64,000 bases of DNA from Cyanophora paradoxa CCMP329 (GCA_004431415.1 QPMI01000602.1:205804-269803), one strand, 5' to 3'; positions 1 to 13,062 are shown, numbered from the stretch's first letter. The notes: generated by a model not told the origin, from the letters alone. Made by a program: numbers and translations.

Positions 1-3000
1 CAGCGGGAAGCTGGCCGCCGCCGTCGAGCACTTCGGCCGGCGGCTCGCCCACGCCGCCCTCGTCGGCTGGCGCGACGTCGTTACGGCTCGCCACTCGGCC
101 CGCGCCTCAGACGCCTACTGGGCTCTGCAGCGCAAAGGCTCGCCCTTCGCCCTGCTTCACTTCTCGGTGCCTCTAAGAGCCAGCCCGCTGCAGGCTACTG
201 GCTCCGCCGGTGGCGCAAAACGGCGGAGTGGCGCGCGAGGCGCAAGAGAGAGTACACGGCGGCGATGCTCTTTTGGGCCCAGGTGCCTCTGGCCGCTTCC
301 GAGCCCCTCTCCCGTCTTGACTTTCTCTCGAAAGCACTCTGCGCGTCGCATGCTGCGCGGCTGGCGGGACGCAGTCCTCCGTTCGGCTGACCTTCAGGCG
401 CGACTGGAGGCCGTGACGGAGGCGGCGGCCGTCCGCGCCATCGCCGCATCATTCGCTCAGTGGCGCACGCGCCTCGCCAAGCGACGCGTGCGCAGAACCC
501 CCCCCCCCCCCCCCCCCCCCCCCCACCCCCCCACTCCCCCCCCCTCCCCCCTCCCCCCCTCCCCCAACCCCAACCCTCCCTCCCCCCTCCCCCCCTCCCC
601 CCCCCCCCCTCCCCCCGCTCCCCGGCCCCGCCCGCCCTCATCCCAGCCCACCCCTTCGACGTCATTTGAGCGGATGTTGCAGGAGGAGCGGCTCGCTGTG
701 GTTCGCGCTGCGGTTCACGCCGACTATGCCACCGTCCGCCGCTGCATGAGCGCATGGGTCGAGGCCCTGGCCGACCGCCGCGCGAAACTGGCGTACCTGG
801 CGCACCGACTGCAGGAGGCCCGCCACGCCCGCCTCCGCGAGCTTCTGTTCGAGTGGCGCTCCGCTGCCCGCAAGATCCACCGACTTCGGACCCAGGGTCC
901 GCTCTGCCTCGCGCCCCTCCAGGCTTGCTCATAATGCTGCTTGGCAGGGGGGGAGCTGCGGCGCCGCACCTTGAAGCGCAAGCGCGACCTGTGTTTCTCG
1001 GTGTGGCGCCAGTGGGCTGCACGACACAAAGTGCGACCGATCCGATGCGCTTTGCCCCAACGTTCTCGATCGTTCAAACCCGCTCGCAGTACTGTCGCCG
1101 GGCCGTAGCGATATTCCAGCGCGAGAAAGTAGCGGCTCTAGTCTGGCAAGCGTGGAGGACCTACGCTGGTTTGGCGCGCTGACGCCCTCGCTTCCGCTAA
1201 ATAGTTCTTAAGAGCTTCTGCTGAACGACCTGCAGGCCCGGTGGACTCGCCAGAGCGAAGCGGCGGCGACGGAGTCTCTGAGCTCACGGCTGGCGAGGCG
1301 CTGCTTCTCAGCATGGCGAAAGAGGCGAGTATACCTCGCTTTTGAATCATTTTTTGAGGGACTTATTTTTCGCAGACTTCGGGACAAGCGGAACCTCCGC
1401 GCGAAAGAGGAGCTCCTCGCGCGGAGGACGACACTTCTAGTGCCCTCGCCCTGCACGTTCAAGACTTTTCTCGTCTCTGAGCGGTTCGGCAGGCCATGAG
1501 TCGGGCGTTGAGGTGGTGGCGAGTGTACTCGAAAGCTCGCGTGCTTCGACGCGCGTGCGCCGACGCCCTCCTCGCCCGTCACCTCGTCCCGCGGGCGTGG
1601 CGCGAGTGGCGCCGTCGCACTCTCCATAGGGCAAGCTCCCCTGGTCCTCGCCTCCGCCCAGCCGCCGCCGCTCAGCCCCTCCTCCCCGCAGCGTGCAGCC
1701 GCGACCGCATGCGCGGCGATCGCGGCCCGCTGGCAGCGCACTGAGCTCAGCGCCGTGCTGCTGGGCTGGCTCAGGGTCGTCGCAAAGGCATGCCCTCCCT
1801 CCTGCGGCTGCGAGCGCGAGGGCGGTAGCTGAGCTCGGCCTGCAGCGGAGGGCGAACGCGGACTTGGTGGGGGCACACCGGCGGCTGCTGCAGGGACGGC
1901 GGCTGCAGGCGGCGTGGCGAGCGTGGCGCCTCTTCCTCCTCGCGCGCCGCGCCAAGGCCCTCAACCAGCGCGTCGCCGACGCACACCGCCGCTCCCGTGC
2001 CCTGGGCGGGCCGTTCCGCGCATGGCGAGCCACAACCCGCTCCCTCGCTTCCGCAGGATTCCGCTAAGGGCCTCGCAGGTACGATCTTACGGCAACGCAA
2101 GTGGAGAGGGCGGCGCGTGTGGGAGAGATCGCGGAGAATCTGAGGCGCCGCGGCGCCTGGAGTCTCGCGGCGGTCTGCTTTCTCTCCTGGCGGCATGAGA
2201 CCATGCGGGTCCGCTACCCTTGCGCAGAACTCCGGGTCCGCTACCCTTGCTACCGAACCTGACGCACTCTCTGCAGAGCGCTTCGCTGCGCGGCCGGCAG
2301 CGGACCCTCGAGCGGGCAATCCGCGAGCGGCGGCAGGCCGTCGTCCTCCGCCACTGGGCCACCCGCCTCCACATGCGCGCCGCCAAGCGCGACATGCTCG
2401 TTCGGCGCGACACCCCCTTCCCCCTCCGCCGGCCTCGGCCCGTCCGCCCCTAACCCGCGTCCGCGCAGAACGATCGCGTGGCTCGCGCGGAGCCGCGCGG
2501 ACCGAGTTCTGCGCCACTGGTGCGCCTGGGCGCAGCACGCCGCCGCCCAGCGCCGCGCCGTCCGCCAGCAGGTGACCCGCCCCCGCCTTTCGCGGCCCCC
2601 GATCCCCGCGCCCACGCCCACCCCGCAGGTGTCCCGCCGCATGGCTCACGCGGCCAGTGAGGCCCTCGAGGCCCTCCGCATGTACGCGGCGCGCCGCAGG
2701 CGAAAGAAGCGGGCCACCGCGATCGCCCGCCAAAGGCGCCTGCAGCTCGCGCTGAGCGGCTGGGCACGGCACCACGCCATGCACCTTCTCGTCACCTTTG
2801 TGGTGGCGACGCGCGACGCGCTGCGAACTGAGGCCTTCGGCCGCCTGCGCGACTACGCCCTCCGCAGGCGCGAGAAGCGGGTCGCCGACGCCGTCGCGCG
2901 CCTCCACTTCGGCCACCGCGTCCTTCGCATCGTACGCCTCGTACCCGGCCTAGTCTTTTCCAGAGGCCCTCCCCCTCTTACTGCCTCGCAGGCCCTCGCG

Positions 3001-5408
3001 GCCTTCCGACGGCACGCGCGCACCTCTTCCCGCGCCCGTCTGCTCCTCGCCACCTCTCGCGCCCGGCTCCTGTCCATCATCATGCGGGAGTGGTGCCGTT
3101 GACTCCTGCCCTTGACTCCTGTGACCTATCTCGCCCCGCCCATCCCCACCGCTGCCCCCCAGGTCGGCACACGCGGCCCACTCCGGCAACATCCGATATG
3201 CTTACCGCCGGGTGCGCGGGCCCTTCGGCGCGGCGCTCCTTAGCCCTGGCTGCCCTGACTCACCCGTGCGGCAGCTCACGGCGGCTCGGCAACTGCGCTG
3301 CATGACCGGCCCCTTCGCTGCCTGGCGGAGCTACGCGGCGGGCCGGTCCTTCTGGCGGCACCGTCTGGCCGACGCCTCGGCGCGCATTGCGGAGGGGGCG
3401 CTGCGGCGGGCGCTGGGCGCGTTGTGGGAGTTTACGCGCGGGGCGCGGGCCACGCGCGAGTCCATCATGCGGCGCGAGCGGGCGGATGCAGCGCTGGCGC
3501 ACGCCCTAGCGCGGGCCCGGGCTCGCGTCCTCAAGGCCGCCCTCCTTGCCCTCCGCATCGCCGCCGCCGACCGGCGCCGCCTCCGCTCGTGCGCTGCTGC
3601 CGTCGCCGACCGGCGCAACGTGCGGCTCGCCGCGGAGGCCCTCGGAGCGTGGCAGGGGGCCGCAGCGGACCGCGCGCACCTGCGGAAGGCCGCGGAGCGC
3701 ATGGGCATGCGGTTCCGCTGGGCCGCCGCGGCCGAGTGCCTCTCCGCGTGGGCGGCCGTGACAAGGGTCCGGGCGGCGGCCCGCGAGCGCCTTGTCGCCC
3801 TTGGCGCCCGCGTCCGCAGCGCCGCCCTCGCCGCCGCCTTCGGCGCCTGGCGCCGCCGCGTCTCTGTCCTCCGGTGCGGCGTCAGATGTTTGAAGCCCAT
3901 GCATCACCCTCTCACGCTCGCGCCAGGGTCGGCCGTGCAGCGGATAGTCTCCGGAGGCAGCGTGCGCTAGCGAGCGCGTTCGAGGCCTGGGCCGACGTGG
4001 CCCGCGAGGAGCGGGCCAAGCGCTTCGAGGGCGCCCGCCTGCGCCGCACCCTCGGCCTCGCTTTCGGTGCATGGGCCTTCTTCACCGCCTACCGCCGGCG
4101 CCTCGCGGCGGGGCTCGAGACGGCCATCGCGACACGGGAGACGCGGGCCCGCCGCGCGGCCTTCAACGAGTGGAGGTCGCGTTCCGCGCGGGAGGCCCGC
4201 CGCCGCGAGAGCGGGGAGCGGGCCGCGCGGCACCTGGCACGCAACCGCTGCCGCTCCGTCCTTCGCACGTTCTCTGCGGTCCTGCAGGAGCGGCGCGAGC
4301 GGCGCGAGCGGGCAATGAGGACAGCGGCGCAGCGGAGGGCCTCGCGGAGCCTCCGCTCTTGCCTCCGCGAATGGCGCCTCGCCGCCAGCTCGCTCGCCAC
4401 CCGCCGCGAGACCCTCGACGTCGCCGCACGGCGCATGGTGCCCTCTCGCGATTCGCAGGCGACCCATCTCTCCCTGACTGCAACGCCCCGCTGCGTCGCC
4501 CGCAGGCGCTCCGCGGGAGGCTCCGGACGCTTGGTGGGTGCCTGATCGCCTGGCGGGACCGGGCGCAGCGCGAGGCTACCGCGGGCCGCCTGGCGGAGCT
4601 GCGGCGGGCGCGCGTGGCGGCGGGCGTCGTGCGGGCGTGGCGCGAGGCGTGCGTGGAGCGGCGCGAGGGCCGCCGCCGCGTGGTCGCCGCCCGCGAGTAC
4701 CGCCTCCGCCGCCTCGGGCGGGTCGCGTTCGCCGCCCTCCGCGCCGCCGCCCGAGCCGCCAACTGGCAGCGCGGCCTCGCTGCCCCCGCGGCCGCCCCCC
4801 GCGCCGCCCCGGAGCAGCAGCCGCAGATCCGCACGGCTGTCCGGCCCCGCGCAAGGGCCCGCGGCGAGGACCAGGCCTCCCTGGAGCTCTCGCCCATCGC
4901 GCTTCACGAGCAGTCGTCGGAGGCCGAGTCTAGCGAGCCCTCGCCGAAGCCCCTCGGGCCCCTGTCCGCCGCCGCCCGCCTCGCTACCGACTTCCTCGCC
5001 TCCGCCACCGTCCGCCCGCAGCCGGCCCCAGGCTCTGCCCTGCGGCCTCCCCTCTGGGGCACCCCTCTTCGGTCCCCGCTCATCTCCCCCAACGTCGCCC
5101 TGCCAGGCAGCCTCGGCCCCGTCCCGGCCTCCCCCGCTCTAGGCCCTTACTCCGGCCCTCCCGTGACAATGAGGCGCCTGCCCGACCCCCTGGCCTCCTC
5201 CTCCTCTTCCGGCGCCAGCTCTCCCGCTGGCGGCCCAGTGGATGCAGACAGCCCGCCAGCCCCGCAGCGCGCACAGCCCGTCCCCCGCGCGAACCGACCA
5301 GGCCTCGTCGCTCCTTCTTCCGCCCCCGTCCAGCGCTACGGGCGCCGACCCAGCCCCTCTCACGGTGTGGCCGCGACGCCAACGAGTAAATCTCTGTTGT
5401 GGCAATGA
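1..5408 (+). CDS. Sfi1-like centrin-binding repeat protein (multi-exon, 5' end upstream of window)
   Basis: Dozens of ~33-aa Arg/Ala-rich repeats of the form A..H....L...AF..WR across short GT..CAG introns; Pro/Ser-rich C-terminal tail ending at TGA 5406-5408. Confidence 0.75.
498..622. repeat. Intronic poly-C / C-rich low-complexity tract
   Basis: Run of >25 C followed by (C)nT/A units inside an Sfi1-like intron. Confidence 0.9.
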
Positions 5409-5564
5409 CGTGACCTTGTGCTGATTTGTAATTGAATTCGAACGAGGCGATGCCTGTGGACGCGCTGCATTGAATTGCGCGCGCCGGCGCGGCTGCCAAG
5501 TGAACAGGGCCCGCCTGCCATCACGGACTCCGGCCCGGATGGAGCGATTCGTCCTGTCTGTCAT

Positions 5565-5636
5565 GCCTTCGTAGCTCAGCGGCAGAGCGCGCGCTTCGTA
5601 AGCGTGAGGTCGCGAGTTCAAACCTCGCCGAGGGCT
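5565..5636 (+). tRNA. tRNA-Thr (anticodon CGT)
   Basis: Cloverleaf GCCTTCG-TA-GCTC..GAGC-G-CGCGC TT CGT AA GCGTG-AGGTC-GCGAG TTCAAAC CTCGC-CGAGGGC-T, followed by a short T run. Confidence 0.95.
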
Positions 5637-5731
5637 TTAATCTCGTCCTCCTTTGAGGACTCGGCCCCAGTGAGTAAGAGAGGGGTGCACCCCTGTTGCC
5701 GCCGCCGCAGCTTTTGCTGGTTCCAGCGGCT

Positions 5732-7601
5732 ATGTTTCCCGGCTCTCCAGCCCGCTACGATGCGGGCCCGGCTGCTCGCGGTCCTGGCGGTCCTCAGGCC
5801 GCAAGAACTGGCGGCGCGTATGTTCTTTGCAGGCGGACGCCCAAGGACGCGCAGAACTGGAACTACCTGCTCGACACACGAGTCCGAAGCGACTTTCTGC
5901 GTGCTAAGGGATGCCTTGGCGAGCCGTTGGTGCACCTTGAGCAGTCGAGCACCTGCCCGACCGCTGACGGCCGTCCCAGGTCTTTGTAGACCAGTCGATT
6001 GTCGAGCCTCAGTTCTCTGAGCTAACGATCATCTTCGAATGGTTTGTGCCCGTCGCCGTCGTTGTTTCCGCCACCTCGTTAGCTTATCCGTTTTGCAGGG
6101 TGCGGCAGGCGTTCGGCCTGGGACTGTGCGCACGCGAGTGCTTACGCGCCTGACGCCTCAGGAAAGCATGGACAGCGCGAAGGAGTTCTTCCGGTGCGGA
6201 TGCTGTCTGCGCCGGACCGAGCGCGGCGGGCTGAAGCCACTGCAGGCCGGACAACCCGGAAGTCGACGAAGTGCTCCCATCGACTCTCCTGGCTGACTCG
6301 AGCTCCCGTAGCTTCGCTTTCTTTGAGAAGGTAATCCCCGCTCAAGCATGGGCACGCACAAGCTGATCAGTGCCCCCCGCTCCAGCCTGCACTCAAGGGC
6401 GACAATGTTGAGGAAGTGCGCGCAGCAGAATGCGTTGCTGAAACTTATCACTTACGTGCCGTGGCAGGAACTGCGGAAGCGTATGCACGCGCTCGATGCT
6501 CAGCGGACGGCCCAGCTCACTCGTGCCCTGCGCGATGCGGATGGGCTGACGTCCCGCCTCACGGGCTTGCTGAAGCATCTCAACAGCGTGACGCTGCCTC
6601 CACAGGCTAGCCTTTGCCGCCCCTAGATGGCGCTTCTGCTTTCTGAAAGATTCGCAGTTTACTGGTGGACAAGCTCTGATTGGCGATGCGAACAACCGGT
6701 TAGTACTGTACGTGGAGAAGGGCACCGCAACTCGCATAAAGCTATCTCTGGAAGAGAAGCAGGTGCGACTCTTCTGTTGGGATGCTTTCCTCGCAAGCTC
6801 ACGCCTTAGCTGCCACAGGTCCCCTACGCTGTGTACGTTGTCGATCTCGAGCAGAACATGACAGATGTGAAGGCAATGAACGCAAGGGGACTTCGTAAGT
6901 CTCACGCTTGAGAATGGCTGGGTTCTCCCTGACCATTATGTGCAGTGCCCATTTTGAAGGATGGCGATGTCATCGTTCATGAAACGGCGGCTATTCTGGA
7001 GTACATTGAGATGACTTTTCCTCAGAACCAGATGCTCTTCTTTGCTGATAGAACTATGCGTGCACGAGCGCTGGTAAGCGACTGTCACGGTAGCTAGCAA
7101 TTTCACTGCTCAACTGCATGCAGACTCGTTTCCACGAGACTCAAGCCTTCGCTCTGGAAACAATGGAATTTCTCACCTACGTTTCCAGTGAGCCGGACGA
7201 GGGCAGGGCACGGCAAATCGCGCAAAGCAGCCCCCTGGCAGAACGCTTCCGTGAGAACCTGGCCATGTACGAGAAGTACCTGACTGGCTCTGGGTTCGAT
7301 CTTTTTCAACTCTTGCAGTGTTTTTCAATCTCACCCATGCTCGCAGTGGCCAAGACCCCGAGTACGTTGCTGGAGACAAACTCACGTTGGGAGACTTCGG
7401 TCTGTACGTGTGCATTGCTGCAGGTATGGGCTCTGGCCTCCGTTGAATTTCATTCAACTGTGCCTGACACCCGATGCAGCAACCACTATGCTCCCACGCC
7501 TGGGCATTGACTTCAATGAACAGTTCCCCCGCATTTTCAGGCACTATCAAAGGATAAGCAAACGGCAGAGTGTGCAGAAAATCACATCAGAGTCCTCCTG
7601 A
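5732..7601 (+). CDS. Glutathione S-transferase family protein with N-terminal extension (multi-exon; start uncertain)
   Basis: Spliced translation RIKLSLEEKQVPY...AMNARGL.PILKDGDVIVHETAAILEYIE (GST-N) and YVAGDKLTLGD...FPRIFRHYQRI (GST-C); stop TGA 7599-7601. Confidence 0.75.
7227..7389 (+). repeat. 163-bp direct repeat copy 1 (GST exon-intron-exon)
   Basis: Nearly identical to 7675-7837. Confidence 0.95.
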
Positions 7602-7674
7602 TTTCTGTTCAATAACACCACTATTTTATCGAAACGCGAAAAAGCATGTAAAAATAATAAGACATGCAGAAATT

Positions 7675-7837
7675 GCAGCCCCCTGGCAGAACGCTTTCGT
7701 GAGAACCTGGCCATGTACGAGAAGTACCTGACTGGCTCTGGGTTCGATCTTTTTCAACTCTTGCAGTGTTTTTCAATCTCACCCATGCTTGCAGTGGCCA
7801 AGACCCCGAGTACGTTGCTGGAGACAAACTCACGTTG
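7675..7837 (+). repeat. 163-bp direct repeat copy 2 (duplicated GST fragment in intergenic/3'UTR DNA)
   Basis: Nearly identical to 7227-7389, including the intron. Confidence 0.95.
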
Positions 7838-7838
7838 T

Positions 7839-9030
7839 TCACTTCCAGCCGTATTTCTTCTTCATTTGACGGGTGAACTGTATGAGTTTCCGCATGGCAG
7901 CTGAGCAAGAAGTGAATCGGTGTGGGGATAGGGTACAGAAGCTCAAGCACCATCCTCCTCCATGCCCTTCCACTTGTGCCAGGCGCTCCACTTCATTCGT
8001 GCAGCAACTTCAAAGACGCCAGGCGATGGAAGAATCTGCGTTGGAGGCATCAGAACTCAAGCTCAAGAACATCGGCATCTCTATTGTACTCACATTATCG
8101 CCGTCACAACCCTGTTTGTCTGCAGAAAATATTAGATTGCATATGCGGAACTTGTTCACGGGACTCACAGAGACCATAGGATACTAATTTCTCGTCCATA
8201 CTCATTTTATTGACAAGAGCTTTCCCATCCTCTGCCTCCTTCAGAAATTCTGACAGAAGTTCGGGATCGGCCCGAGATATGGACGGTGCCCTTGGAGCTG
8301 CATGTTAAATGTTGAAGGTCAGAGAAGGACCGGGGGGGGGGGGGGGGGGGGGGGGGGGAGACTAGGTCGATATCCTAGTTATATTAGATTTCCGAGGGTC
8401 ACAAACTCCACTGTCCCGATGCCCAATCGATGTCCAAAAAAGCGAACCCAAAGTGACTTTCCGATGCGGTGCCTTTGACTTGCGAGGGTATTTCTTGTAC
8501 AAAGCATGCACAAATCTAATCTGAGCAAGCGACCTCAGAATCAATAACAAGCTCATCAGCAAAACTGCTCGCACCATCTCCTCCATCTTTTGACGGCTCT
8601 TCGTGGCCTGTACGTCGCGCTGAAGAGCGTAGAATGTCTGAACTTCAGCGTTGTGGCATTTCCACAAAACGAGCTTTCCTTGCTCGACAGCATCCGTGTA
8701 GCTGACCGTCAGCGGCTTCCCTTTCACGCTGAAGTCTTCTTCGGCTTCATCTTCGGGTACTGTGGAGTCGCATGCGCATCCGAAAGCGGAGAGCAGCGTG
8801 AAGAAAAGCGTGCCGTCCGACGGAATCTCGCCGCCGAAACTGCCCCGTCGGTTAGCGCCGGAAGGCGCCGGACTTCCGCTGAGCGCCGGCGCCGTATCGT
8901 TGCCGGCGCTGCCCTGCCGGTTGTACTTCTGAGGCACTGGGCTTGCGGACGCAGGATCGCCGCCCACGCTGCCCCGTCGATTAGATGCATAGTCGCCAGC
9001 CACGCTGCCCCGCCGATTCGCATCCGCCAT
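7839..9030 (-). CDS. Acyl-CoA-binding (ACBP) domain protein with RRGS-repeat N-terminus (multi-exon)
   Basis: Manual splicing gives ...EKLVSYGLYKQGCDGDN ILPSPGVFEVAARMKWSAWHKWKGMEEDAAMRKLIQFTRQMKKKYGWK*, matching the ACBP YKQ...KW.AW..KGM signature; ATG at 9030 (MADANRRGS). Confidence 0.85.
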
Positions 9031-9334
9031 CTGTCTCCAGCTCGGGGGACGCGTCCCTGGTGCGGCAGCTGTCAAACTAGAAGCCAGCCAGTGCGCGCCG
9101 GACGGTATCCGGACTCGGCAATGAACGTCGATGGCCTCTGTGAAAAAATGCCACGGTGCCGAGTCGACGTCGCGTCGGCAACCGAGCGAACGATCAGAGA
9201 GGCGCGCGCCGGGTCCAATCAGTGCGCCCGCTCGAGCTCCGCACCTGCGTTGCGCTCTCTGGCCGCCTGGTGAACAGGGCCCGCCTGCCACCACGGACTC
9301 CGCCGCGGATTGAGCGGTTCATCTCATCCGTCAT

Positions 9335-9406
9335 GCCTTCGTAGCTCAGCGGCAGAGCGCGCGCTTCGTAAGCGTGAGGTCGCGAGTTCAAACCTCGCCG
9401 AGGGCT
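9335..9406 (+). tRNA. tRNA-Thr (anticodon CGT), second identical copy
   Basis: Identical to 5565-5636, followed by TTTT. Confidence 0.95.
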
Positions 9407-9578
9407 TTTCCGCTTTAGGATCCCCGTTCGACTCCGCGCGGAGCCCGTTCTCGCCACCTCTCGAGCGCGCCCTGAGCAGCGCCGCTGGCCCGCTTTTTGC
9501 CTACCGCGCCGCTGTGGATGGTTGGGTCGCCTAGCTAGTTGAGTGAAATTACAGCGAGGCCTCCCGGGCTCGCACGCG

Positions 9579-10926
9579 ATGATCTCATTCAAGGACCTTG
9601 TCGGCGTCCACAAGAAGGTCGTGCGGTACGTATTAAACCGCGTGCGAACTCATCTGGCCCATCTTAGATCCCCCTCCCGCAGGTGCCTCGAATTTGCGCC
9701 CGGCGGCAAGCGTCTCGCCACTGGCAGCGCTGATGGCACCATCCGCCTGTGGGCTCTGGATCATAGCAAAGAGATAACGCTCACTGCACATGATGGCTCC
9801 GTCGACGCGCTCAGGCGCCCTGCAGCTGTTTCTGGCTTCGTAATCCGTACGCGCTTTCTTACACTCAGCAGATGGAACCCGGCGAACGGAGATATGTTCG
9901 CAAGCGTTTCTGGTATTGACAAGAACTTGAAACTATTTGACGCGCGAGCGGGCAAGTCGTCCTCCACGTTGCCCATGCAAACCGATCTACTGAATGTGTG
10001 ATCTGTTGTGTGGCCGCGCCCTCGCGCGCGTTCCTGATGTATTGCGCAGCTAGGCTGGAGTTCGGACGGGGCGCTCATCGCTGTCGGGAACAGGGTGAGC
10101 CGCCAGCTATTGCATCCCTGGGCGTGCACATTCTGAGGCTCTCCAAGGACGATGTTGTTACGATCCTGGACGCCCGAAAGCTAAAACCCGTCAAGGTTAT
10201 CAAGGCAGAGAACGAGGTTCTCTCTTCAGAGTAGTTGTATCTGAGCAATTTTGACTTGAACTTGCGGCAGGTCAACGAGATCAAGTGGAATAGGAAAGGG
10301 GATCTTTTCTTCATGACGAAGGGCACGTACATCGATGTGTACAAGAATCAAAGCTGGGAAAAACCAGTATCGTCATTGCAAGGCCATACTGGGCCTGTGT
10401 ATTGCCTGGACTTCTCCCATGATGGGCGGTGTGCGAAATTGATGCATGTCGTCATTCAATGAGCAAACTAACTTTCTTTCTTTGGGGCAGTTATTTGGCA
10501 TCCGGAGGCGCAGATGCCCTGGTCTGTATATGGGACCTAACTGAGGTCATTTGCCTGCGAACATATGGACGACCAGAGTGCGCTCTGACCTTCACTCTCT
10601 TGTACACATTGTGTTTTACTTCCTTCTTGCTTGGCGGCAGGAATCAGATCCGAAGTGTTAGCTTCTCACGAGATGGTCAGTTCCTTGCTGCTGCGGTGGA
10701 GGATGTTGGTGTGGACGTTGTTGCCGTCGAATCTATGAATGTTCTGCACCAGTACCGGACATCAGCGGATGCAGTGGCATGGAGCCCAGCAGATCCGATA
10801 TTAGCCATTGCGAGCAGCGAACGGGATAAATACAATAACGATGGTGCGCCTTTGGTGCCAGCGTTGCAATGTCAGGTCTGACCTGACGCAATTACAGGTG
10901 TCGTCAAACTTCTGAAGGTTGCTTAG
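9579..10926 (+). CDS. THOC3: THO complex subunit 3 / Tex1 WD40 protein (multi-exon)
   Basis: WD40 repeats with RLATGSADGTIRLW, IAVGN.DDVV, EVNEIKWN, YLASGGADALVCIWD, RSVSFSRDGQFLA; stop TAG 10924-10926. Confidence 0.85.
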
Positions 10927-11264
10927 CCTTCGCTGCCAGTCGCATCAAGACTTCGAGAGCCAGCTGCAGCTGCAGGGGCCGGCGCGCACCGGCCCTGGTT
11001 GCGCCGTCAGATCGAACTTTGTGAAATCAAAGATCAAAAAGGTTTAATCAGAGCGAAACAAATGCTTGTGCCTAAGTTTAAACACGGTACCGGTCTTCAA
11101 CAGGAGGCCACTTGCAGTTTTAGACGCGGCGGCCACAGCCATCTCTCTCGGCGAATCTCTTGCATCATAGCGAATCTCTTGCATCATATTCAAACGCTGC
11201 GAGCCCAAACGGGCCCCTTCCTACCTGTCTATGCTAATGTACATCCTACTATATGCACAAATGC

Positions 11265-12395
11265 TCATGCCGCTTCGTTCTCCTCAATCTTGGGGGCCAA
11301 GAAATACTGAATGTGGCCCAGATTCTCAATCTTGTACTCGATGCAAACTGGAACGTCGGGGGAGAGCTTGATGTACACAGAGCTCGAAAGGCTTGTTGCC
11401 TGACAAAAACAATCGAACACAGATAAGAATATTCGGAAGCCAAAGTCGCACCTTGGTGAAGTTGTTCAGGTACTTGAGGGCGAAAGAAAGCGTCACGGGC
11501 TCTTGCAGGTCAATCGACACTTGCTCCTCCGGCTTCTTGTCCGAAGCCGACGACTGTACTCATGTAAGGTACTGAACTGCACTTGCAACACGACCACTGC
11601 ACCTGGCGGAGCACGACTTGGCCAGTGCCGACGTCGCCCGAAACCGAGAATTTGATGCCATCCTTCGTCACCGCTTCGCAGAAGGACTCAGCATGCGCGT
11701 CGATCCCTGAATTGCAGGTACGTACCCATGGTGACTGCATCGCCAAAGGAGGAGAGGTCCTTGCACACTCGCTGGAACTCAGACGCGGGCATCTTCACGG
11801 TCGCGGCGTACTGCGTCTCTGGAATCCCAAGGTGCTGCGCGGCACAGATTCGGCGATTGATCGTCCAGACGTGAGCGCGCAGCCCACCTCGACGTCGATG
11901 TCCATCAGCTTCATCTCGAACTCCGAAATCTTGTCTGTCTCGCTGTTCTCGAACACCAGACAAATCGTGTCCGTATCATCCTCGGCTTTCAGAGTGAGCT
12001 TGTCGTCGTTGCCAGCGCACTTGATGATCGAGGACAGGTTCTTGAGGTTCATGCCAAACGAGCGCCCGCGGTCGCAGCGGAAGTGGTCGAATCCCTACCG
12101 GCGAACGCGTTTGAGCGGCATGCGCTTTACGCGCGGTCCTCGGCTAACTGCGGGCACCTCGGCCTTGAGCAGCAGAGAGACGAGCGAAACGTGGCTGCTG
12201 TCCATCGCCTGCAGCGAGATGCCTGTGCTCGCGGCATCGAACGACCCATCGGTGATGAGCTCCTTGATGGCGTCAAGGATCTGCGTGGGACGGGCGCGTG
12301 CCGGGCGTCGGTCTCGCGGCGTGCCGTCAGCGCGCGTCGGGAGGTAGGCGTACCTTCTTGAAAATCGCTGCCTGGCTGAGGTGCGCCTCAAACAT
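11265..12395 (-). CDS. PCNA: Proliferating cell nuclear antigen (multi-exon)
   Basis: [57 protein letters not shown] motifs. Confidence 0.97.
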
Positions 12396-12619
12396 CTTGG
12401 TAACACGCTGAGTTGGAGCTGCTGATGGTAGTTCGAATTTGAACTGTGGCGCGAACTGGGGGTACGTGAGATAAAGGCATTTACGTACCCCGACGAGAGC
12501 CCATCTGCGCCCAGAAGAGACCAGAAAGAGGCTGAGAAAACACATCCACCCAGGCGTAGCCGCCGCAGAGTATCTCCGTGTCTCGCAGGACACCCAGCCT
12601 CCGCCGATCAACGCGCGGG

Positions 12620-13062
12620 ATGGTGTGCGACAAGTGCCAGAAGAACCTAACGAAGGTGGTTACGCCGGAAGTGTGGAGTGCGTGTAGCCTCCTCGCCGCC
12701 ACGAGTCCACTTGAACTCAATCGCTCCCCTTCCGCAGAGGCCGGCGCGGGCAAGGCGCCGGCGCCCGGAAAGACGAATGCCGTGCGCCGTCCCCTACTCG
12801 CGCGCTCGCGGGGCTCTTGTGAGCTGTGCGCCTCTGCAGGCCCTCACGAAGCGCTACATGCCCTACGGAACGCAGCGCTGCACTGTCTGCAGAAGTCAGC
12901 TTCATCAACCAGGTGCGAACTGAGGTCCGCTTCAGCTTTCAGGCGCGCCTCAGCCACCCGGCAGGAAAGTACTGCAACGGATGCGCTTACAAGAAGGGCG
13001 TGTGCTCCATGTGCGGCGTGAAGGTCCTAGACGTGAGTTACTACAAGCAGTCGACGCGATAG
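12620..13062 (+). CDS. CRIPT: Cysteine-rich PDZ-binding protein (multi-exon), head-to-head with PCNA
   Basis: MVCDKCQKNL.KV.TP..W ... CTVCRSQLHQP GKYCNGCAYKKGVCSMCGVKVLDVSYYKQS. Confidence 0.93.

Noticed and set aside
8362-9294. Stand-alone 310-aa ORF truncated by a Helitron-like CTAG end
   Set aside because: Splicing over the poly-C intron joins it to a complete ACBP domain, so the TAG at 8362 is intronic.
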